Assembly: GCA_963663865.1 (NCBI GenBank)
Contig: OY760686.1
Span: forward strand, 2,144,001-2,208,000
Direction of reading: 5' to 3'
Length of the DNA stretch: 64,000 nt
From: Spirochaetota bacterium
Lineage (GTDB): Bacteria > Spirochaetota > UBA4802 > UBA5550
Shown: in pieces, positions 10,385 through 20,441 of the stretch
How the letters are laid out: each line of letters begins with the position of its first letter
Position numbering within the stretch: position 1 is the stretch's first letter
Notes under the pieces: model-generated
What the model was told of the DNA's origin: nothing
Seen by the model: only the letters and a program-made list of their open reading frames with translations
Databases searched by the model: none
Translations under genes and position numbers: made by a program

Positions 10385-10498
10385 GGGCGGGGGGATATCG
10401 GCTTAAGCTGTTCAGCGCTTCAGGCCGGCACATATTCTTTTACTTGATTCCGCGCTGAATCTTTTTTACACTTGCAGAGAGCTTTCAGGAGGCTGCCA

Positions 10499-11305
10499 AT
10501 GCTTAAAAGAAAAACACTGACCTTTCTAACCGCGATGAGCACAATCTTTCTGTCAGGCTGCGCTCTTTGCAGATGCGCCGGAAATGATAAAGCCGATATC
10601 GAGCCTAACCCGAGTAATGAGGTTTTCAGAACATCAGTATTCCGTGAGGATTTTGACGGCACTGAAGTCGACGCTGACGTATGGCAGACAGCCACGTGGA
10701 CCGAGCACGGAGCTCAGGCTTCGCCTGAGCGCTGCTACGTCAGCGGAGGGTACCTGCACATGATCTTCAGAAACGACAGCGAATCGGGCTACCTAAATGC
10801 TGCCATTCAGACGCGGGAGGAATTCCTTTACGGAACATGGAAGGCCCGGCTGAAACCGTCATCGGTGACAGGCGTGCTCAACTCATTTTACACCATCGAC
10901 TGGGACGATACATCCGGCGGAGACTCAGGAGACGGAACAAAACAGGAGATTGACATTGAATTTCTTACCGCAAGCTTCGCTGGTGATTCCGGCGAGGTCC
11001 ACTACGCAGTACACGCTGACGGGAAAAGCAGCCATCACACAAACCCTGACATTGATGTAAACTTCAACCCCTCTTCCGATTTTCACGTCTGGGGCTTCAC
11101 TATAACGCCTGAAAAGATCGAATGGTCCGTTGACGGAAAAACGCTTCACAGCTACATCTACAGCCAAAACGATATAAGCATAACATCACCATATCAGCTG
11201 AAGCTTAACGTGTGGACCTCGACTGACTGGGTTCAGGGCCCGCCTCCAGCCGACACTGACTGTATTTACCTCATCGACTGGATTGAGTTTACGCCGCTTG
11301 AGTGA
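10499..11305 (+). CDS. Glycoside hydrolase family 16 lipoprotein, paralog of 9275-10324
   Basis: Lipobox LSGC; EIDIE; catalytic domain highly similar to the upstream gene; ATG 10499 behind AGGAGG. Confidence 0.9.
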   Translation: MLKRKTLTFLTAMSTIFLSGCALCRCAGNDKADIEPNPSNEVFRTSVFREDFDGTEVDADVWQTATWTEHGAQASPERCYVSGGYLHMIFRNDSESGYLNAAIQTREEFLYGTWKARLKPSSVTGVLNSFYTIDWDDTSGGDSGDGTKQEIDIEFLTASFAGDSGEVHYAVHADGKSSHHTNPDIDVNFNPSSDFHVWGFTITPEKIEWSVDGKTLHSYIYSQNDISITSPYQLKLNVWTSTDWVQGPPPADTDCIYLIDWIEFTPLE

Positions 11306-11420
11306 TCTTCTCTTTTATAATGCATAGTGGCGCTTTACGTTCACCTTTTCAACCCGAATACTGCTTGCAACATATGGAACGGTGATTATAATGAATTGAA
11401 TACTGTTCGGCGGTGAAAAT

Positions 11421-12563
11421 ATGACATTCAAAGCGCTTGTTAAACGTCTTTTAGAAAGCGGGCTTGAGATTTCAGCGGCTCTGAAAGAAAGCGCCGGGCT
11501 TATCGAAGTGTACATCGATGAGGACGGCGAGTTTAAAGAGGCTGTTATGGTTAAAAACGATGAAACGCTCGTTCCTGTTGCGCCCGAATCGATGTGGCAG
11601 CAGTTTTCTTCAGACTCTCCCGTGACTTTCACTGCTGAGAACCCTTCCGGAGACAAGATTTTCATAAGGAGTATCCCCTGCTCTTCAGCGAAAGGACCGG
11701 CGGCAAGGCTCATCGTGCAGATGAAATCGGCCCCATCACCCGCAGTTGAAGAGCTCATTTCAATTACCGCGGTTTCGCTTTCACTTCTCCTTGAGGTCTC
11801 ATCATCGGCCAAACACGATGCGCTTGAGGGAGAACGGCATCGGAAGCACATAAACTCTCTCAGAAGCGCCCAGGCGAGTCTTTTCCCGACATTCAACGAC
11901 ATTGAGGGCTTCGATATAGCCTCGGCCTACCTTCCAGCCGCGGTATCTGGAGGCAGCTTTATCGACGCCTATTATCCGGCAAAGAACCGCTACCAGATAG
12001 TCATTTGCGACATTATTGGAAGCGAGGGGTCATCAGCGCTTATCGGTTCAGCCATCAGAACGCTGACAAGATCCGAGTCAGCGGGATTCATGACGCCATC
12101 CACCTTGACGGCCCAGATATTGACCAGACTGAAACAGATTATACCCGTCATTGACAGCATAATATCAGTTACGATTTGCCACATAACGGTTACCACCGGG
12201 CAGATTACCATTTCGTCCAACGGCACCCCCAGGGCCTTCTTCTTCAAGAAAGCCAGGAAAAACGCCATCCACCTGAAGGACACACCCATCGGCCAGCTCC
12301 AAACCCGGGCAAGGACGAGCCGGGACATCGTAATCCAGATGCATCCTGGCGATATTCTTCTGATTTACTCATCCTCTATAACGAGGACTGTGTCAGAGGA
12401 CGGAAAGAGACATTATCCGGAAAGCTCCATCCTCCAACCGATTATCAGCGAGTCAGACTCAACAGCCACCGACATTACCCATTCGGTCATTGAGTCTCTT
12501 TACGACTTCACCAACTTCGGCGAGATTCCCGAGGACATTCTTCTCCTGACCGTCAAGAAGTAA
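11421..12563 (+). CDS. SpoIIE/PP2C (RsbU-like) domain protein with degenerate catalytic motifs
   Basis: AQASLFP, YLPAAVSGGSFID, ICDIIG, PIG, PGDILLIYSSSI and EDILLL match the RsbU layout, with Asp substitutions. Confidence 0.75.
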   Translation: MTFKALVKRLLESGLEISAALKESAGLIEVYIDEDGEFKEAVMVKNDETLVPVAPESMWQQFSSDSPVTFTAENPSGDKIFIRSIPCSSAKGPAARLIVQMKSAPSPAVEELISITAVSLSLLLEVSSSAKHDALEGERHRKHINSLRSAQASLFPTFNDIEGFDIASAYLPAAVSGGSFIDAYYPAKNRYQIVICDIIGSEGSSALIGSAIRTLTRSESAGFMTPSTLTAQILTRLKQIIPVIDSIISVTICHITVTTGQITISSNGTPRAFFFKKARKNAIHLKDTPIGQLQTRARTSRDIVIQMHPGDILLIYSSSITRTVSEDGKRHYPESSILQPIISESDSTATDITHSVIESLYDFTNFGEIPEDILLLTVKK

Positions 12564-12697
12564 AACTCCAGAACTGTTTGACATTCATTATAGAGACAGC
12601 GAATATGTCTTCCGAACGCGTCCGGGGCGTATTTTTTTATCACTGCTGTCCGGCATAACCACCCGTTACGTTACGCGTCCTGCCACTGGAGGATTAT

Positions 12698-13753
12698 ATG
12701 AGCCTTGTATATATTGCCGGCGAATCGGCCTACGAGAAGATTAAGGATTCCGGACTTAAGCCTGACGATGTCAGCACCATTCCGGGCGCCGCCGGCGGGC
12801 CCAAATTCCTGGTCCTCAGCTCCATCGACAGGGCCCTCTTCGGAACATTCTTTAAAGGCCGCAAAAAGCCTCTATACGCAGTTGGCTCATCAATAGGTTC
12901 GTGGCGCATCGCTGCCTACGCGCAAAAGAATCCCGTTGAGGCAGTATCTCTTTTCGAAAGGCTCTATATCGAGCAGATTCACGAGAAGGGGGCTTCAGCC
13001 GCTTCCATATCGAAGACCTCTGACAGGCTGCTCCGTGACTATGTAAAACCCGAAAGTATCGAATACATTCTGAATCACCCGTACATTAGAACAAATATTA
13101 TCTCTGACCGGGGAGCTAATCTCATATCTTATGATGCAAAGCCTGTTCTGGCCGCGGGAATCGGGCTGGCCATAGCCGCCAATACCGTCAGCTCAAAAGG
13201 CGTTCACCTGTTTTTCAAACGTACCGTTTTCACCGACAGCCGGTCACGGGCGCCGTTTCTTGACGCCAATTATCCTCACATCGAGGTTGAGCTTACGGCA
13301 GACAACTTCTACCAGGCAGTTCTCGCCTCTGGCTCAATTCCACTCTGGATGTCAGGCGTCAGGAACATTCCAGGGGCCCCGCGTGGGACTTACAGAGACG
13401 GAGGAATGACTGACTATCACATGGACATACCGTACGGAGATTCGGGCATTGTCCTCTATCCTCATTTTTCTACTACGGTCAAGCCCGGCTGGTTTGACAG
13501 GTGGCTTTCGTGGAGGAAGCCTGACAGGAAAAACATGTCCAATGTAGTCCTCGTTGCCCCTTCTGACAGCTTTATTAATTCTCTTCCCGGGGGAAGCATT
13601 CCGAACCGGAAAGACTTTGTCGAATTCGCCGGAAACGACGCTGAACGAATCAAAAAGTGGAGCCGGGCCCTGTCTCTCTGTGATAAGCTGGGGAATGTGC
13701 TCCTGGAAGACATCGCATCGGGGGCCATCTCACGAAAGCTTCAAAAAATGTGA
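12698..13753 (+). CDS. Patatin-like phospholipase family protein
   Basis: GAAGGPK, nucleophile elbow GSSIG, ASGSIP, DGG; RBS GGAGG. Confidence 0.8.
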   Translation: MSLVYIAGESAYEKIKDSGLKPDDVSTIPGAAGGPKFLVLSSIDRALFGTFFKGRKKPLYAVGSSIGSWRIAAYAQKNPVEAVSLFERLYIEQIHEKGASAASISKTSDRLLRDYVKPESIEYILNHPYIRTNIISDRGANLISYDAKPVLAAGIGLAIAANTVSSKGVHLFFKRTVFTDSRSRAPFLDANYPHIEVELTADNFYQAVLASGSIPLWMSGVRNIPGAPRGTYRDGGMTDYHMDIPYGDSGIVLYPHFSTTVKPGWFDRWLSWRKPDRKNMSNVVLVAPSDSFINSLPGGSIPNRKDFVEFAGNDAERIKKWSRALSLCDKLGNVLLEDIASGAISRKLQKM

Positions 13754-13851
13754 CATCGATTCGCATGGAGCTTAAAACGAATTTTTCTTGAATTTATATG
13801 GCGTAATGTTAGTTCTGAATCAGACTGATTATATTTTTCCGGGATAGTGAT

Positions 13852-14796
13852 TTGAGCAACCCAAAGTTTTGGATAGCCCTTGACCAGGCGGAAGGTATCG
13901 GACCGGTAAATCTCCGCCTGATTCACGAGACGCTGCAGTCGTCCGGCCTTTCGGTCACGGACATCTTCGGCCTCACAGAGAACGAGCTTAGAACTGAATT
14001 CAACTTCCCCGACAGGGCCGTAAAGGGCATTTTGAACGCCGCTGATATACTCCCTTCTGTCGAAGAGGACTACCTTTCAATTCTCGACGCGGGAATACGG
14101 GTGATTCCCTTCTTTTCTGAAGATTATCCCCGGCTGCTCACGCAGCGCCTTCCGTCGTCTTTCCCTCCCATACTCTACGGCATAGGAGACGCTTCCATTT
14201 TGAACAGGCCCTCCGCGGCTGTGCTTGGAGACAGCGACATCAGCCAGCGTGGAGAATTGATAGCTTACGGAGCGGCAAAGCAGCTGGCTGCAAGAGGCAT
14301 TGTCACCATCAGCGGATTCGCGAAAGGAGCCGGCCTGGTTGCTCACAGATCGGCAATCGAGAACGGCGGCCTGACTGCAGCTGTTCTGCCATGCGGAATT
14401 TTGAGGTTCAAAGTCCCGCAGTTTCTGCAGGATGTCATGAACCCGGATTCCATCTTTATCATGTCCCCATTTTATCCGACGCAGCAGGCCGACAAGTACC
14501 ACGCATTCGCGAGGAACAGGGCAATCTGCGCGATGTCAGGGGCAGCGTACATCGTTGAAGCACCCGGCGAGGGAGGCATCTTTGAAGCAGCCCGTTCAGC
14601 GGTGAACATCAAGACACCTCTTTTTACAACGCTCTACAAAGAGTATCCTCCGAGCGCGGCAGGCAATAAAACTATTCTCGAAGAAATGGGTGGGATTGCC
14701 GTACAGAGAAAGCAGGGAAGCGAATCACCCGAACCCAACATGGACCGAGTCATAGCCGCGGTCAGATTCCCGGACAAAAACACAGAACAGGGCTGA
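13852..14796 (+). CDS. dprA: DNA-processing protein DprA
   Basis: GIGP helix-hairpin, YPxLL...PPILYGIG, ISGFAKG, AHRSA, RNRAICAMS, IVEA; TTG start. Confidence 0.85.
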   Translation: MSNPKFWIALDQAEGIGPVNLRLIHETLQSSGLSVTDIFGLTENELRTEFNFPDRAVKGILNAADILPSVEEDYLSILDAGIRVIPFFSEDYPRLLTQRLPSSFPPILYGIGDASILNRPSAAVLGDSDISQRGELIAYGAAKQLAARGIVTISGFAKGAGLVAHRSAIENGGLTAAVLPCGILRFKVPQFLQDVMNPDSIFIMSPFYPTQQADKYHAFARNRAICAMSGAAYIVEAPGEGGIFEAARSAVNIKTPLFTTLYKEYPPSAAGNKTILEEMGGIAVQRKQGSESPEPNMDRVIAAVRFPDKNTEQG

Positions 14797-14804
14797 AGTC
14801 AAAA

Positions 14805-15812
14805 ATGAAGATACATATAGAACGAAAGAAACCGCGAAAGCTCCGTATAGCGGCTGTACTGTTTACCGCGGCAGCCCTGCTTGCAACAGGCACAGCGCTT
14901 TATTTAAATTCGCCGCCGGCATTTATGCAGAGTGAGCGCTTCACCATAGAGAAAGGAGAGTCACTCGGATCAGTGGCAGACAAACTCAGGCGGCAAAATC
15001 TGATAAGGAGCAGCCTCTTTTTCAAGTCTGCTGCTTTATTGTTCAGTGACAGGAAAATCAGGCCCGGGACTTACATGATAAAGAAGGGTACATCAACCCT
15101 GCCCATATTCTACAGGCTTGCCGCGGGCGATGTTATAATGAAAAAGGTCACAATTCCTGAGGGATTTAATATCTACCAGATATCGGAGAGGCTTGAAAGC
15201 GAAGGCATTACAACCTCGGGAGATTTTCTGATTCACGCGCTCGATCGTGAGGGACTTGGAAGACTTGGAATAGATGCTCCCTCGGCTGAAGGATACCTTT
15301 TCCCTGACACGTATAACTTTGCCGAGTCATCCGACGCCGGAGACATCATCTCGTCTATGAACAGAAAGATGAACAGTGTTCTGGCACAGGAGCTCGCTGA
15401 TGCAGGAATAAGGGATACCACTTACAACCGGCACAGAACCCTCACACTGGCATCGCTGATTGAGAAAGAGGCAGCCGTCAGCGGAGAAAGAAGAATTATC
15501 TCATCTGTCTTTCACAACAGGCTCAAAAACAACTGGCGGCTCGACTGCGACCCGACTGTGAGATATGCCGTCAAGAACTTCGATTCGCCGATAAAACGGT
15601 CTGAACTTGAGGCCCCCTCTCCCTACAACACATACCGGAACAAAGGGCTTCCTCCCGGCCCCATCGCAAACCCGGGACGTGAGAGCATTAAAGCTGCAAT
15701 CAGCCCGGCTGAAACAGATTACTTCTTCTTCGTCTCCAAAAACGACGGCTCCCATCACTTCTCGTCGTCGTTGAGCGAACATAACAGAGCCGTCCGCGTT
15801 CATCAGAGGTAG
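14805..15812 (+). CDS. mltG: Endolytic transglycosylase MltG
   Basis: N-terminal TM; VTIPEG, EGYLFPDTY, LASLIEKE, VFHNRL, DPTVRY, SPYNTY, GLPPGPIANPG. Confidence 0.95.
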   Translation: MKIHIERKKPRKLRIAAVLFTAAALLATGTALYLNSPPAFMQSERFTIEKGESLGSVADKLRRQNLIRSSLFFKSAALLFSDRKIRPGTYMIKKGTSTLPIFYRLAAGDVIMKKVTIPEGFNIYQISERLESEGITTSGDFLIHALDREGLGRLGIDAPSAEGYLFPDTYNFAESSDAGDIISSMNRKMNSVLAQELADAGIRDTTYNRHRTLTLASLIEKEAAVSGERRIISSVFHNRLKNNWRLDCDPTVRYAVKNFDSPIKRSELEAPSPYNTYRNKGLPPGPIANPGRESIKAAISPAETDYFFFVSKNDGSHHFSSSLSEHNRAVRVHQR

Positions 15813-15859
15813 CGCCAGATTTTCGCAACTCGCTTCAGTTTGACGGGGGGTGCGGGCCT

Positions 15860-16117
15860 TTAGCGGGAGGGCTTTGGCCTTGCCTGATTGACCTTGATGG
15901 TTCGGCCCATAACCTCGGTTCCGTTAAGCGCCGCCACAGCGCTGTTTCCGGCCTCATCTCCGTCCATTTCAACGAAGCCGAATCCCTTTGACCTTCCGCT
16001 GTTATGGTCGATGATAATCTTAACGCTCTGGACCTGGCCGTAGGTTTCAAAAAGATTTTTCAGGGAATCCTCAGTCATATCATAGGAAAGATTGCCTGCA
16101 TAAATATTCATAGACAT
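15860..16117 (-). CDS. Single-domain RRM RNA-binding protein
   Basis: RNP2 IYAGNL, RNP1 KGFGFVEM, GRTIKVNQARP. Confidence 0.95.
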   Translation of the reverse strand: MSMNIYAGNLSYDMTEDSLKNLFETYGQVQSVKIIIDHNSGRSKGFGFVEMDGDEAGNSAVAALNGTEVMGRTIKVNQARPKPSR

Positions 16118-16288
16118 AAACTTACCTCTTAACAGGATATTCGGTTAAGCAATTCTGTTCCCTATCTCCGTGCCTGAGCAGCCCCCGCCCAGCCCGCTGA
16201 CCCGAAGAGCAGAAACATCTGACAGAAAATAAATCATACATTTTACGGGGAATGTCAAATAAAAAAGGATGGTATACTGTACGGAAAA

Positions 16289-17146
16289 TTATATGAAACT
16301 GAGACTGACACCCATTGGCAGACATCTATCGAGGGGACCGTGGCCCAGTTCGTCTGTTTCAAACACCGGAAAGCCGTTCTTTTCCGCGTATGGTCGTGCA
16401 ATCTCCCACGGGGCCTGAGGCTGCCTTGACCGCTGAAGCTGTGTAAAGTTTCCAAGCAGCAGTCCGCTTATTCGGCTGAAGACATCAAGCTGGTTTATCT
16501 GGTGGAAAAGAGAAGCGATTCTCTCAAGCCCGCCGCTGTATGACTCAAGGAACAGTATTTTTCCGGTTAAATCCGGAAAGTACCCGGTCCCCGCCAGCTT
16601 TAAGAAGCATCGAATATTGCCGCCGAAGACAGGGCCTGACATAGCGCTTCCCCTGCGGGGCTTTATATTGAAGGTGATTCCGTTCAGGTCATGCTCAACA
16701 ATGTTTTCCCGGAAATAATTATACTGCATTCCAGAGGCATCCTCTCCGAGCTGGCGCGCGCAGTAATAGTATACCGGAACGTCAGCCTTAACCAGCAGCG
16801 CGTTGAGAACCGTTGAAAGATCGCTGTATCCGAAAAACGGTATTGAAGCCGACCTGAAAGCGCTGTAATCAAGACTTTCCAGGACCAGGTTTGAAAGATC
16901 ACCGCCGGAAACGTCAAAGACTGCGGCTACATCCCCCCCCGAAATAAACTGATTAAATTCGGAGGCCTTCTCTGCTGCCATTAATAAGCTGTCGTCGCCA
17001 GTGTGGTATATATAGCGTGACAATACGGGATTGAGGCCAGCGGCTTGCATTCGTTTCACAGTAAGTTCAATGACCTGACGCTGAGCGGGCCCGAAGCTGT
17101 TTGAGAGAGCTGTCAGTGCCACCTTTGAATTCAGCTTAATATTCAT
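16289..17146 (-). CDS. LD-carboxypeptidase (peptidase S66/MccF family)
   Basis: GGD, FFGYSD (Ser), GGN, ILFLES (Glu), LGHG (His). Confidence 0.85.
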   Translation of the reverse strand: MNIKLNSKVALTALSNSFGPAQRQVIELTVKRMQAAGLNPVLSRYIYHTGDDSLLMAAEKASEFNQFISGGDVAAVFDVSGGDLSNLVLESLDYSAFRSASIPFFGYSDLSTVLNALLVKADVPVYYYCARQLGEDASGMQYNYFRENIVEHDLNGITFNIKPRRGSAMSGPVFGGNIRCFLKLAGTGYFPDLTGKILFLESYSGGLERIASLFHQINQLDVFSRISGLLLGNFTQLQRSRQPQAPWEIARPYAEKNGFPVFETDELGHGPLDRCLPMGVSLSFI

Positions 17147-17157
17147 ATTACCGTTTT

Positions 17158-18174
17158 TTAGCTTAACAGCTTTTCTTCAGTGAATGCCCTGAGCATGGGC
17201 CCCAGGTACCACGACTCACAGCTGCGGTTCATGATGTAGCCGCAGTGCCCGCCTCTTTTTTGAAGGATGAACCGCACGCTCGGACTCATGGGCGATGACA
17301 TTAAATCTGAAACAGGAATTATCGGATCGTCTTCGGACATCAGCAGGGTGAAGGGAATTTTTATGCTGTCGAAGTAACCCTCTTTGAGCGTATAGTTGCC
17401 AAAATAGTCCTCAAGTGAACTGAACGATGTGTACTGGTCGAGCAGCTTCTCCGTCATGGGTATGCACGCGTAGAGCGACAGAATGCCGCTGAAATCATAT
17501 ATCTCCGGAAAAAGGTCCTGTTTAGCCGCAAGCGACCTCTTCCACTTTCCAAGAAAGTACTTTTTAATGAATGCAGTCCTGTCAACCCTGCGTGTTGAAT
17601 CAAGCGGGTCTATCGGAGGATTGACAGCGAAGACGTGCCTTAAACCCGTATACCCCTCTTCAGAGGCCATCCTGGCTATCCGGACACAGAAGTTTGCCCC
17701 CATTGAAAAGCCCGCCAGTCCGGCGCTTCGGCCTCTTCCGAACTGTCTGACTGCCTCTTTTACGGCGGAATAAGCCTCTTCAATCATCGTGCCCAGGAAA
17801 AAACCGGTATTGAGATGATGGCTTTCGCCGTGATCACGCATATTGAGCCTGAAAACGCTGAAACCCAGGTCATAGAAGAACCTGCCTGTGCTTACCATAT
17901 ACGCCGAGTTGGCACTGCCTTCCCATCCATGAAGCAGAATAATAAGCCCCCGCGGCGGCGTTCCTTCCGGCTCGGAGAGGAAGCCCTGAAGCCTGACACC
18001 GTTTCCAGCGTCAATGATCTTCTCCCGGCTGTTCAGCTCAAGCCCGCCGCTTCCCCTGTTTCTGAACCTCGCGCTGTTCAGGAGCGTCTGCACCATTGCC
18101 CCTCTCAGGTACCAGGGCGGATTGAATCTCATTTCGGCATCGTTGTTAATTAGAGCATCATCCTCAATACGCAT
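17158..18174 (-). CDS. Alpha/beta hydrolase, YheT-like
   Basis: LHGWEGS, GFSMG, EDDPII, GGHCG. Confidence 0.85.
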   Translation of the reverse strand: MRIEDDALINNDAEMRFNPPWYLRGAMVQTLLNSARFRNRGSGGLELNSREKIIDAGNGVRLQGFLSEPEGTPPRGLIILLHGWEGSANSAYMVSTGRFFYDLGFSVFRLNMRDHGESHHLNTGFFLGTMIEEAYSAVKEAVRQFGRGRSAGLAGFSMGANFCVRIARMASEEGYTGLRHVFAVNPPIDPLDSTRRVDRTAFIKKYFLGKWKRSLAAKQDLFPEIYDFSGILSLYACIPMTEKLLDQYTSFSSLEDYFGNYTLKEGYFDSIKIPFTLLMSEDDPIIPVSDLMSSPMSPSVRFILQKRGGHCGYIMNRSCESWYLGPMLRAFTEEKLLS

Positions 18175-18186
18175 TTAAACCTCTGT

Positions 18187-19032
18187 CTATCTGTCAGCCG
18201 CGTGATATGAACTTCTGACAAGCGGCCCCGACATAACCCTCTGAAATCCTATCGAACGGGCGTATTCCGCTATAACGTCAAACTCATCCGGGCTGTAGTA
18301 ACGCTCGACCGGGCAGCTGTTCCTGTCCGGAGTAAGGTACTGTCCGACCGTGAGCGACACGCAGCCCGCATCTCTGAGGTCCCTCAGGGTTGAATATATT
18401 TCTTCAAGGGTTTCTCCGAAGCCGACCATGAGCCCGGATTTCGCCTCAAATCCTCTTGATGCTGCTGCCGCTATTAGCGACAGCGATAAATCGTAGTCGC
18501 CAAGAGGCCGGAGTTTTCCGAAACGGCTTCTCACAACCTCAATGTTGTGATTTATCACATCAGGCCCCGTTTCTGATATTTCGTCAAGCGATGATTCCAT
18601 TCTTCCCTTAAAATCGGGAACGAGAAGCTCAATTCCTGTTCCGGGGCAGCTCTCTTTAATTTGAAGAACTGTACGCGCGAACTGCCCCGCGCCCCTGTCC
18701 GCAAGATCATCCCGGGTCACGGATGTTATAACTGAGTACTTGAGCCCCATGAGCTTTACGGCTTCCGCGACTTTCCGCGGCTCATCAACATCGGGGGGCT
18801 GAGGACTTCCCTTTGCTATTCCGCAATAGGCGCAATTTCTGGTGCAGACATCGCCGAGTATGAGAAATGTGGCCGTACCCATACCGAAGCATTCGCCCAT
18901 ATTGGGGCATCCAGCCTCGACGCAGACTGTGTGCAGGCCCCTTTCCCTTATGAGGCGGTTTACCCTGACGAACTCGCTGCCGCCCGGAATTGTAAACTTG
19001 AGCCATTCGGGCTTTCTTTTCAGGGTTCCCAT
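18187..19032 (-). CDS. lipA: Lipoyl synthase
   Basis: RKPEWL, CVEAGCPNMGEC, CTRNCAYC, VRSSYHA. Confidence 0.97.
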   Translation of the reverse strand: MGTLKRKPEWLKFTIPGGSEFVRVNRLIRERGLHTVCVEAGCPNMGECFGMGTATFLILGDVCTRNCAYCGIAKGSPQPPDVDEPRKVAEAVKLMGLKYSVITSVTRDDLADRGAGQFARTVLQIKESCPGTGIELLVPDFKGRMESSLDEISETGPDVINHNIEVVRSRFGKLRPLGDYDLSLSLIAAAASRGFEAKSGLMVGFGETLEEIYSTLRDLRDAGCVSLTVGQYLTPDRNSCPVERYYSPDEFDVIAEYARSIGFQRVMSGPLVRSSYHAADR

Positions 19033-20441
19033 TTAAGCACCGGTTTTCTCGCGGCAGTGACGGCATCGACCCGCCTGAATTTCAACGAGCAGGGAGCGCT
19101 TTTTACAAGCTCCGGTTCCGTCTCTGCCTCATCAAGTATGGCAAACATGGCCTCAACAAATCCGTCCAATGACGAAAGGCTCTCGGTCTCAGTCGGCTCT
19201 ATCATCATGGCCCCTTCAATAATCAGAGGGAAATAGACCGTCGGCGCGTGGAATCCGTAGTCAAGGAGCCGCTTCGCAATATCGTTTGTTGTGACTCCGT
19301 TTGGAACATTGCGGTCGTTCAGCACAAACTCGTGCATGCATGTCCTGTCAATCGGGAGATTGTATCTTGTACGAAGCTTTTCTTTGAGATAGTTCGCGTT
19401 CAAAACGGCCTTTTCGGAAACATCGCGTATCCCGTCAGGGCCGAGCACGGTTATATATGTCCAGGCTTTTAGTGCAACCTGAAAGTTCCCGTAAAAGGAG
19501 TGTACGCATCCGATTGACTTAGGCCTGTCAGAAACGAGCCTGTACTCGTTGCCCTCTTTTTCAACCGTCGGAACAGGCAGATATTTTGAGAGCCTTTCCG
19601 TGACACCGACAGGACCTGAACCAGGGCCGCCGCCGCCGTGGGGTGTAGAAAAGGTTTTATGCAGATTTATGTGCATGAGATCGAAACCCATATCGGCAAC
19701 CCTGGCTTTCCCCATTACGGCATTGAGATTGGCTCCGTCGCAGTAAAACAGCGATTCGTTTTTGTGAAGAAGCGAGGCTATTTCCAATATGCGCCTGTCG
19801 AAAAGGCCCAGTGTACTCGGGCTTGTGAGCATCATTGCCGCGACATCGGGTGTAATGAGCCCGCGCAGAGCGTCAATGTCGACATCTCCGTCAGGAGATG
19901 AAGGGACACTTTTTATTTCAAATCCGCATATAGCCACAGATGCGGGGTTTGTCCCGTGTGCCGAATCGGGGATCAGTATTGTGCCCCTCTTCTCGCCGGT
20001 ATCCTCAAAATACTTTTTGATCATCATTACCGCTGTCAGCTCACCATGAGCCCCCGCGGCAGGCTGCAGTGTGAAGGCATCCATTCCTGTTATAGCGCAA
20101 AGATACCCTGAAAGTTCGTGCATAACCCTGAGAGCGCCCTGTGACAGTCCTTCGTCAGCGGCAGGGTGCAGTCCGGCAAAACCGGGCATTGCGGCGATCC
20201 GCTCGTTAAGCTTTGGATTGTGCTTCATCGTGCAGCTGCCCAGCGGATACATCCCCGTGTCGACACCGAAGTTGAGATGTGAAAGCCCCGTATAGTGCCT
20301 CACTACCTCTGTCTCGTTAACGTCAGGAAGATTGAGCCGGCCGCGCAGGTATGCCTGAGGAATATCATCTACTTTAACGTCTTTCGCATCTGAATAGTAC
20401 TTATTTTTGCCCTTTTCGCTCAGATCAAATATTGTGCTCAT
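19020..20441 (-). CDS. gcvPB: Glycine dehydrogenase (decarboxylating) subunit 2
   Basis: YPLGSCTMK, QPAAGAHGE, SAHGTNPAS, PLP lysine motif NLHKTFSTPHGGGGPG, MIEPTETES. Confidence 0.97.
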   Translation of the reverse strand: MSTIFDLSEKGKNKYYSDAKDVKVDDIPQAYLRGRLNLPDVNETEVVRHYTGLSHLNFGVDTGMYPLGSCTMKHNPKLNERIAAMPGFAGLHPAADEGLSQGALRVMHELSGYLCAITGMDAFTLQPAAGAHGELTAVMMIKKYFEDTGEKRGTILIPDSAHGTNPASVAICGFEIKSVPSSPDGDVDIDALRGLITPDVAAMMLTSPSTLGLFDRRILEIASLLHKNESLFYCDGANLNAVMGKARVADMGFDLMHINLHKTFSTPHGGGGPGSGPVGVTERLSKYLPVPTVEKEGNEYRLVSDRPKSIGCVHSFYGNFQVALKAWTYITVLGPDGIRDVSEKAVLNANYLKEKLRTRYNLPIDRTCMHEFVLNDRNVPNGVTTNDIAKRLLDYGFHAPTVYFPLIIEGAMMIEPTETESLSSLDGFVEAMFAILDEAETEPELVKSAPCSLKFRRVDAVTAARKPVLKWEP

